Positions 20,974 through 34,847 are shown, counted from the stretch's first letter. The stretch: DNA of 64,000 bases from Podarcis melisellensis (GCA_964234715.1 OZ174285.1); one strand, 5' to 3'. The notes: generated by a model not told the origin, from the sequence alone. Numbers and translations are program-made.

Positions 20974-23900
20974 CTGGGAAAAAAAAGGAAAGAAGAAAAA
21001 CTGCTTTCTTACATATGTCAATACAATATAAATGTTTTTGTAGAACTTAACAAGGCAAGGCCCAGTGTAATTTAGGATATTGCATCACCACCATGTTTAT
21101 CCATGCTCAGGATTGTACTATTAGTAATGCTGTTTCAGCACTAAACCCACTTTAGTGTAGCACTGGGCATTGCCTGAATGCACTGCCAGATTTGTAGCTT
21201 ATTGATTTAAAGGGATGTTCTAATACTTAATGCTGCTAGGCTCCAGCTCTTTATCTGAATCTTTTCTCACAAGGAAGATGGATTACACTGGCAATTCAAT
21301 TTCTAACAAAATCTCAATACACTTGAAGGAATTCCAAGATTTCTACTGGGAATACTTCACAGCAGTTTTTCCATTGTAGTTTACAGCACTGTTTAGTCCA
21401 AGTTGACTGGAAGAGCCTGATGCCATCACATAAGCATCCTTAAAGCATCTAGTCAACGTAAAGGGACAGATTCTTGCAATAAGTTCCAAAGGAATAGTAT
21501 TCCTAAAAACAAAGGATGCTAATCATCATCATAAGATAAGCTAACGGGAGGAGACTTGCAGAGAAGAGAAGAAATGCATAAATGTGATTAAAGCACATTT
21601 ATTCTACAAGTCTATAGCATTTTCTCCAGTTTCACGTTAACTCTAAACAAACATAGACAAAGCATTGTGAAGAAACTAAATATAGTAAGACTTAAGTAAT
21701 TTATTTAACAAACACTGATCCATTATTACTGTTCAGGGATTTTGACTGCTGTAAATGTTCAACATAAGTCAAACTTTTGTGGTGGTGGTGGTGTTGTACT
21801 ACCCTTCATCTATAGATCTCAGGGCAGTTCACAACATAAAATTACAATACTATTCAGCCGTTTTTAAAATCAGCTCTTGGAATTTCACAAACACTTGTCT
21901 GACCTGAAAAACTAGGGGCTGCCCCCTGCTTGCCAGCCCCCTTGCCATTCCTCCCTACATTAACCCCTTAGAATTTATTCCCACACCATGAAACTGCTAA
22001 GATCATTTTGAAACTGTTTCTGAAGCCTTTTCTTCTACTTGACAGCCCTGCTTTGCATTCGTTTTCACCTTCACTGCCATGTCCATACTTCCTCCTCTTG
22101 TGCAAACCTCCCGCTGCACATAAACCATTTTCTGGGTAACTTCCTGCATTTTCCTTCTCCCACACATTGCAGCTACTAAGCACCCCTTTTCACCTTGCGC
22201 CCAGTTTTGAAGTCACCATCCTCTCCTACTTCTTTCATATCTTTGCTTCCATCTTCACTCCCATTTCCATGCCTCCTATGCCTTCCCTTTTGGGACCCCC
22301 CCTTACACTTTCACACATTTTCCTATACCCCTCCTTACTTTTCTCAACCCTTGCACACAGATCACCCCCATTTCCATTCCCCCCCTTGCCTAATTCTGCA
22401 GCCCCCTTTGGGCACACATCCCTTGATGATATATGTTACTGTATCTTTAAGATGACTACAGTCTTAAGAGCAAGCCTGTTAGCTTGTTCAGTTAGAGAAG
22501 GTAAAGTTCAGTGGTCAGATGTTATATGGGTGTTTGCTTGTTAAAAAAAATATCTGTTCTAAATTACTACATTGAATCTGGAACTTCAGACAACACATGG
22601 TTCCAGGAGTGAAATACATTGTGTGAAGGTACTCTGGAATATTTGAGGGCTCCAAATCCTTTGTCTCTCTCACATGACGCAGCTGAGGAATGGGAGAGAG
22701 AGAAGCTTGAGTACAGCAAGAAGGGAGGAATGCTGAAAGGGAAAAAGTGGCTGTTTTAAATGACGGAAGTTTGAGTAAAGCAGGAGTGGGGAGAGACTGA
22801 GAGGAAAGGGGTGGTTATAAACGAACAGAAATCTGAGTAAAGGTGGTATGGTGGAACACTTTAAAAAAAGCACACCCATTTTAAGAAGGAGAAACAGCAG
22901 AGATGGGTACAAAACAGAAACTAAGATAAAAGAGCTAACACAACTGCCCTCCAAACTCCATTCCCGCTGCATTCACAGCTTGTTTTAAAAGCTGACTTCC
23001 CCCCACCTCTCTCTAACCTCTGCCACAGTCTAAAAATGTCACGTTCTCAGTTTCCTCCATCTCTGCTTTACTCAAACATAGGCATTTTTTAAACCACCAC
23101 TTTCCCTCTCTCAGTGTCTTTCCCTTCTCAGTCCCATGTCAGGGGCACTGTTGTTGTGCCTTCACTTTTGCTCCTCTTCTCTACCCTCACTTTTTACAAA
23201 TCCAGGATTGTGATACGGTACTGCAAATCATCTAGTGGGGGCTATGTGACATTTTTATCAAACACAAAGAAAACTGCTTAAGCTTACGAGTACTGAGGCT
23301 GCACCCAGCAGCAGTGCTCTGCACACCTACATTGCTAATTTGAAGAGCTGTGGAGTAAGAATATAGGGACACCCCCAGCTTTCATTGACTATGGGGATTG
23401 GGGTGTGTGGGTGAGGATTCAGACTCCCAGCTAACCAAGCTGGTGGGTAATTTGCATGACCATGTTAGCAGCATTGACCATTGGACCACCCTTGGGCTTA
23501 GCAACAAAAACACAAGAGTTGTCCATCACAGTTGAAGTCTAACATAGATTGAACCATTTTAAGAGTTAGCAAAACATTTGGGCTGGTTATAAATAGAGAA
23601 GCAAAACTGGAAGCAATTAGTTACAAAAGGCTGCTTCTGTGAAGAATTAGACATACGGTGACACTGACCTTTTCCAACACAGGATAGATGTACTTGATTT
23701 CTCAAGGAAAATTATGTTCTACTTCATACAATCTCACAAATTAGCTTCATCACAATGCGATACTGACGAGAAGTTGCTAAGAATGTCAGAGGGTATAATC
23801 CAACCAACATCCTGCCTCACTAGTATTTTCCCCGCCAAACAAAGCCAATGAAAAACTATGCAATTATATATTTTTTTGCCTCATATATTCATTGCTCTTG

Positions 23901-24458
23901 GGTTGTTTGTGCTGATTCTATGCAGTCAGGATATAATGATATCAGATGCAGGAGTTCAGACAGTGGAACTGTTGGTATCATTTTATTTTACAAAAAGCAA
24001 GAGAGACTGACTTGGACTTCCCCTCTTTCCCATGGTAGTCCTCCTTTATTCCCATGCTGCAGCCCTGAACCAAGCTGTCTGCAAGCCCCTGCTCCCTAAA
24101 GCTGCTATTTGTCACAGAGAAGGAACTGCAGGGCTTAAGCCACCACAAATAATAGCAGCTTTTGAAAGTGAAGTGACTAGGGATCAATGTGAGCCTAAAG
24201 CAGAGGTGGAGACCATATGGTCCTTCAGATGTTGTTTGACGCCAACACCCTTCAACCCCAACAAAGGCCAATGGCCAGGAATGATGGGAGCTGTGGTCCA
24301 ATAATATCTGGGTGGCAATAGAATTCACATCCTTATAAAATAAACATCCCCTTCTTCCAGATCATACTGTGATCCAGATCAGGCTCCGCTGCATGTGATT
24401 TTTAATTTTTTTAAACTCAAAGACTTCAGAATTTCCAGGCACAGAACTCTTGCATCAA

Positions 24459-24925
24459 TTCCGAGCACAATTCAAAGTGTTGGCGCTGACCTTTAAAGCC
24501 CTAAACGGCTTTGGCCCTGCATATCTGAAGGAGTGTCTCCACCCCCATCGTTCTGCCCAGACACTGAGGTCCAGCACCGATGGCCTTCTGGCGGTTCCCT
24601 CACTGAGAAGTGAGGTTACGGGGAACGAGGCAGAGGGCCTTCTCGGTAGTGGCACCCGCCCTGCGGAACGCCCTCCCAACAGATGTCAAAGAGATAAACA
24701 ACTACCTGACATTCAGAAGACATCTTAAGGCATCCCTGCATAGGGAAGTTTTTAATGTTTGATGTCTTACTGTGTTTTAATTTGTTGGAAGCCGACCAGA
24801 GTGGTTGGGGCAACCCAGTCAGACGGGTGACATATACTACTAGTACTACTACTACTTCTTTTTCTTCTTCTTCTTCTTCTTCTTCTTCTTCTTCTTCTTC
24901 TTCTTCTTCTTCTTCTTCTTCTTCT
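24459..24925 (+). mobile_element. L2-clade LINE 3' fragment with (TAC)n/(TTC)n microsatellite tail
   Basis: FRAQFKVL..FKALNG.GP.YLKE.L translation; near-identical to 28617-29216; (TTC)n at about 24861-24925. Confidence 0.85.
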
Positions 24926-25144
24926 ATCATGCATAGTTTGACTCTACACTTACCGGTAATTAAGTCAGTCCAGCTACACTTTGCATCCTTTGAACTAAGT
25001 AAGGCTTCCCTTTTGATGTTTTGGACTACAAAGGTCTTGTACTCTGAAACATTTGGAAGGTATCAGGTTGGGGAATGCTAATTCTTGGCATGATATGACT
25101 GAAATATTATCATCTATTAAACATTGCCTAACATATTAGAACAA

Positions 25145-25210
25145 AGGAGTGCCTGGCGTGCTCTGGTCCATGGGGTCACGAAGAGTCGGACACGACTAAA
25201 CAACAGCAAC
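25145..25210 (+). mobile_element. Bov-B (RTE clade) extreme 3' fragment
   Basis: ggagtgcctggcgtgctctggtccatggggtcacgaagagtcggacacgactaaacaac matches the 3' end of the 59749-60045 copy. Confidence 0.8.
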
Positions 25211-25488
25211 ACCACATTATACTTCAAAATTGATGCAGGATAGATATAACCTAGGATTAAGATGTTAGCATTTTAAAAATCAAATCCTCTCCTTTTCAGT
25301 TACTAAGGGTGCTGTTTCTCTTTTCACAAAAGCCTTGGTTCCCAGCTATGATTTTAAATACCTTTAAAACTCCTGATATATTGCAAATTTATTAGAACTG
25401 GGGCTCAGCATGTATTAATAACAACGTGGTTTGTGTGGTGTAGGGTCAGATCAGTAAAGAGCTGTTAACAGATGACAGCTTTGATTAC

Positions 25489-25553
25489 CATTGGCTGCAG
25501 GCAAGACATATGGATCCCTTAGGAACAGCAGCACAGGCTGGTGGGACAGTTTG
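25489..25553 (-). CDS. SNX24: SNX24 exon 6, (S)KLSHQPVLLFLRDPYVLPAAN(D)
   Basis: 65 bp; tctag| acceptor, |gtaatc donor; phase-consistent with neighbours. Confidence 0.95.
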
Positions 25554-26188
25554 CTAGAAAGGTCAAGAACAGGAATGTCAGCATCAAGGGACAGTAAACT
25601 GAATGCACTACAAACTAGCTTTGATAAAGTGAGCTGATGTAGCTGGTTAGGTAGAATGTTTGCTTATATAAACCAATTTTATTGTAAAAGAAACAAAAAA
25701 CCATCTTCAAGGAATAAAGCTCATTATAGATTAGGTCACATTTTACTCAATACTAAGCATATTTATTCAGAAGCAAATCAAACAGAGTTCAGTGGGACTT
25801 ATTCCCCAGCAATCAAACCTAGTAATCCTGTCCTAAAAAACACACATGCTGGAATGATCCAATTCTAAAGTGAGGAGTTGAATACTGTAGATGTCAACAA
25901 CTCACAATGACTTTTTTTTTTAACACTTCAGCATTAATTTGTTTTACCTGCTAGACTGCCTTTGAGTATTCGGTCGGTTTAAGATTGCATAATTTTACTT
26001 TTAATCACATTGGACCAGTTAAAAGTTTTATTAATGCAAGAAACAGCAGATAACATGTACCCACAGAAAGCTTTTTAATGGGTGTTACAATACGGTTTTT
26101 AAAACATGCTCAATTATTCTATTGATCTCACATTTTAAAATATGAACAATATATTTCTCAATTGGAAACTGAAGTGGCAACAGCTTAC

Positions 26189-26221
26189 CTTGATTCTTCA
26201 GATTCTATTTCTTCAAAAGAG
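26189..26221 (-). CDS. SNX24: SNX24 exon 5 (33-bp small exon), (G)SFEEIESEES(S)
   Basis: ttcag| acceptor, |gtaagc donor; acidic peptide similar to human SFDETESEESS. Confidence 0.92.
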
Positions 26222-26949
26222 CTGAAATAATACATACAGAATAGGTTACACTGGACATACCTGAAACCCCCAAGCATTACATTCTTAAGAAAAGATCCTC
26301 ATTAAACAAAAGCAACAGTAATGACAAGGTAATTTCTTTCCCCTAGTCAGTGGGTTGCATGCAACTAAGTTATACCCAGAGTAGAACCATTTAAATTAAT
26401 GGACCTAAGTTGGTCAAACCCATTCATTTCAATGAATCTTCTTTGAGGATACAAAGCAGTGCCATTATAATGTTAATGGTCTTTTATGCTACCTAAACAA
26501 AAAAGCTCCCTGGCAGCCGGTTGTCCGAAATTCTTTCTTTATTTCATTGCATCCTGCTGCAGAGATCATGCACTGTGGCTTGTGCAGTTATCCCATTTTA
26601 AACAGCATATAATCAGGAACTCAGAAAAACCCCAAAACGCAATGGGGGATAATCCAAACTCTGATGTTAAGAGCTTCTTATCCTCTTCTATTAAGTCCAA
26701 TACTCTGCCACAGGCAAGACAATAAACAAATACAGGTTTCACTTGCTTCCATGCTTCATCTATGAAACAGCCACTGGAGTGCTGATTTTTTTAAAAAAAA
26801 ATCAAACGCAAGTGCAACCATAACATGTAACTCTTTTTGTAAATAAGCAGTGACTATTTTCAGACAGTGGAGTTGTACCAGAGTGTAGAACTAGTTCTAC
26901 AGTGGGGACTTGTACGCTGTATTTTGAGATTTCTAAGAAAAAGCCTTAC

Positions 26950-27044
26950 CCACAGCTTTCTGCTTTGGGGAGAGAAGGAAAATGACGGATGCTGAGGAAG
27001 TCGAGGAAAAATTTGGGAAGCTCTTCATTTTCTAAAATAATATT
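26950..27044 (-). CDS. SNX24: SNX24 exon 4, NIILENEELPKFFLDFLSIRHFPSLPKAESC(G)
   Basis: 95 bp; ttacag| acceptor, |gtaagg donor; end of PX domain. Confidence 0.95.
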
Positions 27045-27606
27045 CTGTAACAAAGAAAATTCCGATCAAGATAATGCCTACGTTAAATAGATTCTTTCTA
27101 TTACTTTCATAGAAATAAATATTGCTTTCTTCCTCCTTTGAAATGACACCTCCAAGAGCTGCAGCCACTCAATTTCTAGAATCTCATCCATCATGGTAGC
27201 AGAGCTGAGGAAGTCTTCTGAGTGTCTGGAGGTCTAGCTGATTTCATTAATGAAAGATTTAGAGCATGTTAACAAGCTAAGGCAAGTGTTTGGCTTGACA
27301 GATCAGCTTACAATGCACTGGTTCATCGGTACAATGATCGCGATCTGGCAAAAGTTTTGTAATGGAGGGACACTGAGTGTGTGACACTCAAAAGTACTGG
27401 AGCAGAAATGCTTATCTTTTACCACAAACAACCATTCAAGGGGGGGGGGATCTATCATTTATTAGAAAACTAAATTTTCAATAGATTTAATACAAAATAG
27501 GAAGCTTTTATCAGAGTCCTACTATGAAAACAATACATAATTCAGAGTCAGGAATCCTAATGATGTAATCAGAAGTTACTCTCTCCTTCCAACGTAAAAC
27601 AAGCCA

Positions 27607-27775
27607 CGGGGTGCCAATTTAAATAAAATATGGGGGGGGCAGGTAAGCCCTGTCTAATCAATCACATGATGTGGTCCATGGACACCATTTGAATGCCAAT
27701 GCCCATAAATTTAGGAGAAGGGGGCTGGCCCGCTCAAATATTTTATTTTATTTATCTTAGAAGCTGGCTCCTATG
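27607..27775. mobile_element. hAT-type MITE
   Basis: 8-bp direct repeat ACAAGCCA at 27599-27606 and 27776-27783; weak TIRs (ggtgccaat / ctggctcc). Confidence 0.6.
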
Positions 27776-28616
27776 ACAAGCCAAGAGAAGGAAGAAATAA
27801 ATTGTAGTGGATTGAGGGCTAGATTTTGACCAGATAGACCTGAGTTCAAATCCTGCTTGGTGAAGAAGCACACAAGGTGATCCCTTTTAGGGCTATGGAG
27901 ATAAAATGGAAAACCTCCAATAGCTTGTTGGAAGAAAGATAGTATAATACTCCTACCACCACCATAAATGCTTTAAAACATCCATCACCCTAGAGGATGA
28001 GTTTCTTGTGTTTTCTAGATAAGATTACACACAAATGCCTACATAATGAAAAGCATATTTCCACAGGAGAAAAGACCCGATCCTTGAAATCTTAAATAAA
28101 TAAAAAACCCCAGTTAATCCCATTTATCCAGGGTAATGAAAAGGAAACCAGATTTAAAAAAAAAGTTTTCATATTAAAAAATGCCTCACATTGATCTTGG
28201 CTGACAAAGGCAGAAGCCAGAATTGTCTAATATACTTAATGCGACTGCTCACAGAATAGTGCATAATAAGAACGCTGAAGGGCCATAAGATCATTTGTTC
28301 CAATCCCACAGCAAATGAGCCTCTAACCTTTGCTAATTTCTCCTGGCATTATTTAGTTCACAGTGTGCCGCAAAGGAAGAGGAGAAAGGTATATCCAAGC
28401 TAAAATCCACACTACTGTAGTTTGATTTATGACCTCAGCCATCTCCTTTAAACCCAGGATATTTCTACTATTCCAGAAGGAACAGATAATATCGAGCATG
28501 TGAGCATTTATTACATCAAGATGGCAGGAAGCGAAGGAGATGGAAGCTATAGATGAGCATTCTTCAGGAACTCTACAATGGTTTACCACTTGACTGCCAA
28601 CTGGTCACTAAAGTAG

Positions 28617-29168
28617 TCCCGCTTGGACTACTACAACGTGCTCTACGTGGGGCTACCTTTGAAGGTGACCCGGAAACTACAACTAATCCAGAATGCAGCA
28701 GCTAGACTGGTGACTGGGGGCAGCCGCTGAGACCACATAACACCGGTCATGAAAGACCTACATTGGCTCCCAGTACGTTTCCGAGCACAATTCAAAGTGT
28801 TGGTGTTGACCTTTAAAGCCCTAAACGGTTTAGGCCCAGTATACCTGAAGGAGCATCTCCACCCCCATCGTTCTGCCCAGACGCTGAGGTCCAGCACCGA
28901 GGGCCTTCTGGCGGTTCCCTCATTGCGAGAAGCAAAGCTGCAGGGAACCAGGCAGAGGGCCTTCTCGCTAGTGGCACCCGCCCTGTGGAACGCCCTCCCA
29001 TCAGATGTCAAAGAGATAAACAACTATCTGACATTCAGAAGACATCTTAAGGCAGCCCTGTTCAGGGAAGTTTTTAATGTATGACATATTAGTGTATTTT
29101 TGGTATTTGTGGAAGCCGCCCAGAGTGGCTGAGGAAACCCAGCCAGATGGGCGGGGTACAAATAATAA

Positions 29169-29216
<48 letters not shown>
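28617..29216 (+). mobile_element. L2-clade LINE 3' fragment with (TTA)n tail
   Basis: Translates LDYYNVLYVGLP..KLQLIQNAAARL..DHITPV..LHWLPV.FRAQFK (L2 ORF2 C-terminus, one internal stop); (TTA)n at 29170-29216. Confidence 0.9.
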
Positions 29217-29218
<2 letters not shown>

Positions 29219-29982
29219 GACACATGTCATAAAATTGAACCGCCACTATGGGGACAATCTGGGGCTTTTAGCCACATGGAAGTCTGTCAGCAGCCAACCA
29301 CTGTGAAGGAAGCAGACAACACTAAAGTAGATCTCCATGGTTACATCAGGGTTTTTTTTACAGATAAGACATAAACCTTGGAATTCTGGCAGGTGAAAAG
29401 CCTTCCAGTTCATCTTTAAATGAGAATTCTGCATTAAATGTGTCTTTCATTTGCATTTTGTAAAATCAGCACTCTGCTGCTACAAAATTCATCTTGCTCA
29501 GCATGGGAGGAGAGGTGAAGGGAGATGCAAGTCAAAGGGTATGTGAACTGCATAACAATACACGTTATCACAAAGAAAAGAAACTGCTAATAGTCACTGA
29601 TCTAGATACCAAGAGAAAGTATCGAGAAAGCTTTGCAGGCAACAAAATCCAATTTTTAATGCAGGCAAATAAAGCTTAGTCTAGTTTAGACTCAGCCTAC
29701 AGTATACTTTAACGGTCTACAGCAGCATTTCAAGCCAGTTGTGCTGCAGATGTTTTAGACTGTCAGTGTGGCCAGGGATGATGGGAGTTGTAGCTCAAAA
29801 CATTCACAAGGCACCAGGTTGGGAAAACTGCTGTATGCTGTTTAAGTCTGCTGGAACCCATGTGGGATACAAAGTTGATCCCTTTGCTTTCTATAGACTT
29901 TGGACAAAAGTTCATCTTAACTATGGTTTAGGAGGGGGAGCCAGTCTGAAGCCAGAGGTTAATTAGCTGAAATCAGAGATTA

Positions 29983-30208
29983 CAGTGGTACCATGGGTTA
30001 AGTACTTAATTTGTTCCAGAGGTCCATTCTTAACCTGAAACTGTTCTTAACCTGAAGCACCACTTTAGCTAATGGGGCCTCCCGCTGCCGCTGCACCTCT
30101 GGAGCATGATTTCTGTTCTCATCCTGAAGCAAAGTTCTTAACCCGAGGTACTATTTCTGGGTTAGCAGAGTCTGTAACCTGAAGTGTATGTAACCCGAGG
30201 TACCATTG
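29983..30208. mobile_element. Tc1/mariner-superfamily MITE (opposite orientation to 6433-6662)
   Basis: TA|CAGTGGTACC...GGTACCATTG|TA. Confidence 0.88.
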
Positions 30209-30319
30209 TAGTTGAAAACTACGGCTGGTGCAAGATGTTGCAAAACTTGAGATGAGCTCAGCCTCTCTTCCTACCCTCTTCCTCCTCCCTCTCCCACCAC
30301 TAGTTGTAAGGGAATAGTT

Positions 30320-30540
30320 TATACCTGAAAGAGCATCTCCACCCCCATCATTCAGCCCGGACACTGAGGTCCAGCTCTGAGGGCCTTCTGGCGGTTCCCT
30401 CGCTGCGAGAAGTGAAGTTACAGGGAACCAGGCAGAGGGCCTTCTCGGTAGTGGCACCTGCCCTGTCGAATGCCCTCCCATCAGATGTCCAGGAAATAAA
30501 CAACTATCTGACTTTTAGAAGACATCTGAAGGCAGCCCTG
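30320..30540 (+). mobile_element. L2 LINE fragment
   Basis: Near-identical to the internal part of 28617-29216. Confidence 0.82.
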
Positions 30541-33500
30541 AAGGAAGAAGTAGCGGCAGTGGTCAAGCAGGAAGGAATGGCAGCAGTGAACAGGGGCAGT
30601 GGCCAACACTGCAGGTGGCAAATGGGAAGATGGAGCACAATCTATCACCCCTCCCTACCTGCCACCTGAACCACATGGCTCATGATAGGGCCAGTCCAGT
30701 GGAAAGGGAAACAAACATTGTTGATTTTCTTACAGCTCTGCTGAAAAGGAGGGAAGTGAGCTCACAAACACAGTGCTTGCTTATGTAAGGTTAATCCATA
30801 GTTTTGTGTTATGTCTGAACACAGCCATTAGCTCTCTATGAAGATAAATCAAATGTAAATGTCTCTGTCATTTCCTGAGAGAGTCTGAGAAGGCTGGGAA
30901 TGTTTCAGGGTGTTCCATTCATATACCATCATCTCACAGCCAGTTTTAGTGACATGACAGCAGGCAGTCAAATCCCACCCACCCCATATCAGATGGTGGC
31001 TCAAGCAGGAACATGACAACTGTCTAAAAACGTTAGTTGCTGCTCCAAGTTTCAAAGGACATACTTTTGCACATTTGCACCCAAGATTTTTCATTAAAGG
31101 TCTATCTAAGTTATATGTGTACAACTCACAGTTTGGTATGGAATTAAATTATGTCTATTCATGGCAGTTTAATGCAATTGGCATGGCATGACCTAGAGGG
31201 ATTGTGAGCAAGAGAAATGGGTTAACTCATTCTATGGATATTTCACTCACAATCTGTATGCCACCTGTAACATGGGAGACCTAGTTTTTCCCAAGCTGCT
31301 GATACTTGGGACACAGTTGTTTTGCTTAAAACCTCCTTGCGACTGTGGAATACATTGAGCTGACCCATACATAACAGTCCTGCCTTGCACAGCTATGCTT
31401 TAGCAAGCCAGGAATGGGTGCTGAGCCCACCTATTCCTTGTCCTTCTCCCCATCCTGCAATCTCATTTGTTTGAATGAGATTTCCCCATAAATTCCAAAT
31501 GGAGAAATCTGACATAATGTCATTTGGTTAACCAGGGACAAATAATAATTTAGGATGCTTTAGAAAGAGACTTCTTGCATTTTCACCCTGCCCTCCGCCC
31601 AGTATGGACCCAAATATGGACTGTGCTTTCTGCCAGGGTTTGGCAAGGAAATCTGGTGCATTCTTATTCCATTCCAAAGAATGATGCGCCTGTTTAGTTG
31701 AAGAGAGGGGAGGGGAAGTCCATGCTGCATGGGCCTCGCCACTCTGATAAGCTTATTTTTGGCACACTAGTGTGGAAACTACTGCAACGAGCCCTGCCCG
31801 CCTGATGTTCTGAACTGCTTTTCCTGCCGTATGCAGTGTCTGAAATTATATCTCCATAATAACATCTAAATTCCAATTTCTGTAGCCGGAGTAAAGGGGT
31901 AAAATAATCCAGATAAAGTTTCGTGACATAGAAACATTTCTTACATTACCTGGGGCTACAGGTATAAAGTGATCCTAGGAGATCAAATTGTAGTTGAGCT
32001 GAAAATTTAATCAAGAGTGTATTAATCATTGCCACTTTTCACTAACCATTTTGAAGGCTATTTAAGAAGTTCTCTTCTAGAAATGTTTACCAAAAGTGGG
32101 GTGTTTTTTTTTTGGTATATTATGTAACAAAACCCCTAAAACCCCTGTTCTTCTACCTTCTCAGCCTCGTAAAAAAAGCATTATCCCAGAGGATGTTATT
32201 GGCTAGTTGCTCATGTTCTCTCAGTGACATCCCCAATTCTTAATTGTCAGTTATCTTTTCTCCTCTGGTAAGTAAAATATAGTCACAAAATTGCACAGGG
32301 ACTTGTTCTGCCTTAACCTTAGGTAGATGCCATCACGCAGTAGAAAACAGTGCTAAAATATCACAGGATAATGCTTTCTAGGATGGGAGACATATAAACA
32401 GCATAATGATTTCCCATGAGTTTCCTTTTTAAAAAAATTGTCACTAAAGCCAGCATAAATGGTGACACATCTTCACAGAGGACACTTTGAAATCGAACCC
32501 TGGCATTCTAGTTAGGTCCAGACCTACTCATCAGCCAATTATAACAGTAACTGAACAGCTTGCTAGAAACTTGGACAAGACCATTTCGCTAACCTTCCGA
32601 GAGCGCACTGGAGGACTGCATTGTTTTCAAAGATTGATTCCCCCCCCCCTTTTAACACACAAAACAGCTCTAAAAATTCAGGACACTCCCCACCCCGCAA
32701 GCCACCAATCATCCAACCTAGTTCTTCAAGACCACAACTATCTTCTGGCCAGAAGACTCAGCATGGTATGTGGTGGGCTGTGTTCCTGTAGGTTTAAATC
32801 CTTTGTGCGAGATTTCAGTCTGAAATGCCCTATTGTTAGGGTGAAAAAGTTCATGACAGTTTTTCCTCTCTTCACAGGGAGAGATGCTTTGCAATATCCA
32901 ATTCAGTGGTGCAGCTAAAAATGGGGGAAGGAAAAAAAATAAAAATCAATAAATCCTAGCTACAGTAAGTAGACTGGAGCGTCTGCCTCCACTGGGACTT
33001 AAACCCACGGTCTTTATAGAACACTTCGTAGTATATATTCCTCTGTTTGCCTTGTCTCCAACAGTCACTTAAAGAGCACTAACAATGATAAAAAGTTGGC
33101 AAAAGAACATTATATACTGGTGGGGGACGGGGGGAAACTAAGAAGGTTCCCAAGTAGGTTCCAATGTTTTGGTTGTCTTTTTTAAAAAAAGGAATAGAAA
33201 ACCTGTCTTCCTAATTTGTATCTTATATCCCCTCTACAACATTGTCACAGTAATGCAAAGTATGTGTTCAGAAAACAGCATTAAAGGATGCTGTTAGGAG
33301 TCAACAGTAGTCACATTCATACCTGCATAGGTCACAATTTAGGAAGTAAGCCAGAATGCCCATAGGTTAATGAAATGCTCCCCAGGCAAAAAAGGGAATA
33401 TAACTGATATAAAACTACTACATTTAAATGCCAATGGTCAAATTGAACGGCACATGGAAAACCATGCGGAGTGAAGCTGAAAAGCTGAATTAGGATGTGC

Positions 33501-33857
33501 ATGTTTCTCTGTGTCTTCTTCTCTTGAACCCGTTCAGTGGCTTGGATAGGAGAAAGCTTGTAAGAGAAAGGTCATGTGCTGCATTTCTGCTATGACCAGC
33601 CAATACACAAATCATATTTCACATCTTACAGAAGTTAGCATGAGTCCAGCTCCTAACACAATGGGTTGCATCCGATGGTTGTGCAAAGAAACTGCAACGA
33701 GACTTTATTCATTATTTCCATTTATAGACCACTTTACTATCCAAAGATCCTGAAGCTGTTTACACACACAAGTGCAATAAAACCATATCAAATGATTGTT
33801 AGGGACTGGCTGGATGAGGAAGAGTGGTGGAAGCAACCCACCCCAGAGCCTCCCTGG

Positions 33858-34105
33858 GAAGAAGAAGAGTTTGGATTTGATATCCTGCCTTTCACTCCCT
33901 TTAAGGAGTCTCAAAGCGGCTAACATTCTCCTTTCCCTTCCTCCCCCACAACAAACACTCTGTGAGGTGAGTGGGGCTGAGAGACTTCAAGAAGTGTGAC
34001 TGGCCCAAGGTCACCCAGCAGCTGCAGGTGGAGGAGCGGAGACTCGAACCCAGTTCACCAGATTACAAGACTACCACTCTTAACCACTACACCACACTGG
34101 CTCTC
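33858..34105 (-). mobile_element. Squam3-like tRNA-derived SINE nested in the solo LTR
   Basis: Head GAGAGCCAGTGTGGTGTAGTGGTTAAGAG with B-box GGTTCGAGTC on - strand; (TTC)n tail. Confidence 0.8.
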
Positions 34106-34482
34106 AGATGACTTAGATCCTGAAGCCTGATAGTGGGACACCAGCCACACCTCCTAGGAGGGGACAAGCTGAGAGGTACTAGAAGCAGGGAGCTTGAGGG
34201 ATCACGAAGAGGCAGAAGCAGGCAGGTGGCCCAGCACAGGGCAGGTTGATGAGGTTACCAGTTTGGATGCAGGCGCTGACAGAGATGACAGAGGGGAGCC
34301 AGACCCCACAGCTCTCCCACAGATTCACTCTGACAGCTTCTCTGCAGACGGCTCTCCGGTCCCATTTACTTCTAGAACATGACAAATGTTACATGATGCT
34401 GATCACCAAGCCAGGCAGGCACGGAGGGAGGGCCCTGGGGCTCACCATAGCAGGCGATGATGACAGAGGGAGGAGCCCTGAC

Positions 34483-34636
34483 CAGTGGCGTAGCGTGGGT
34501 TGTCAGCACCCGGGGCAAGGCAAGTAATTTGCGCCCCCTAACCCATGGATTTTAGTAGGGGCAGAGAGCTGCGAGTGCGAGCGCGCCCCCCCATGTTGCG
34601 CCCGGCCCCCCCTGCACCCCCCACGCTACGCCACTG
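34483..34636. mobile_element. hAT-type MITE nested in the solo LTR
   Basis: Perfect 17-bp TIR CAGTGGCGTAGCGTGGG; 8-bp TSD GCCCTGAC (34475-34482, 34637-34644). Confidence 0.92.
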
Positions 34637-34847
34637 GCCCTGACTCAGAAGGCTAGAGAGCGCATGAGGGGCTGCACACCAGTTCAAACAACTGCCTTTA
34701 TGCGCCTCCTTGTATTTTTTCTTTCCTTAATAAAGAAACCAACTGCAAGTTAGCCTTGCATCTCTCTCTTTCCTGGACCTGTGAATAACCTACTATGCCT
34801 GTCAGCTCCATGACACTGATTCACGTAACAAGATACATAAGGATTTT

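Larger units (their letters stand above)
33797..34815 (+). mobile_element. Solo LTR (probably Gypsy-type) with two nested insertions
   Basis: TGTTA...TGACA termini; 5-bp flanks ATGAT/CTGAT (4 of 5 match); AATAAA at 34729-34734. Confidence 0.65.

Noticed and set aside
24616-25081. Poly-Glu / poly-Ser ORFs
   Set aside because: Translation of the (TTC)n microsatellite at an L2 tail.
29001-29246. Poly-Asn / poly-Ile ORFs
   Set aside because: Translation of the (TTA)n L2 tail.
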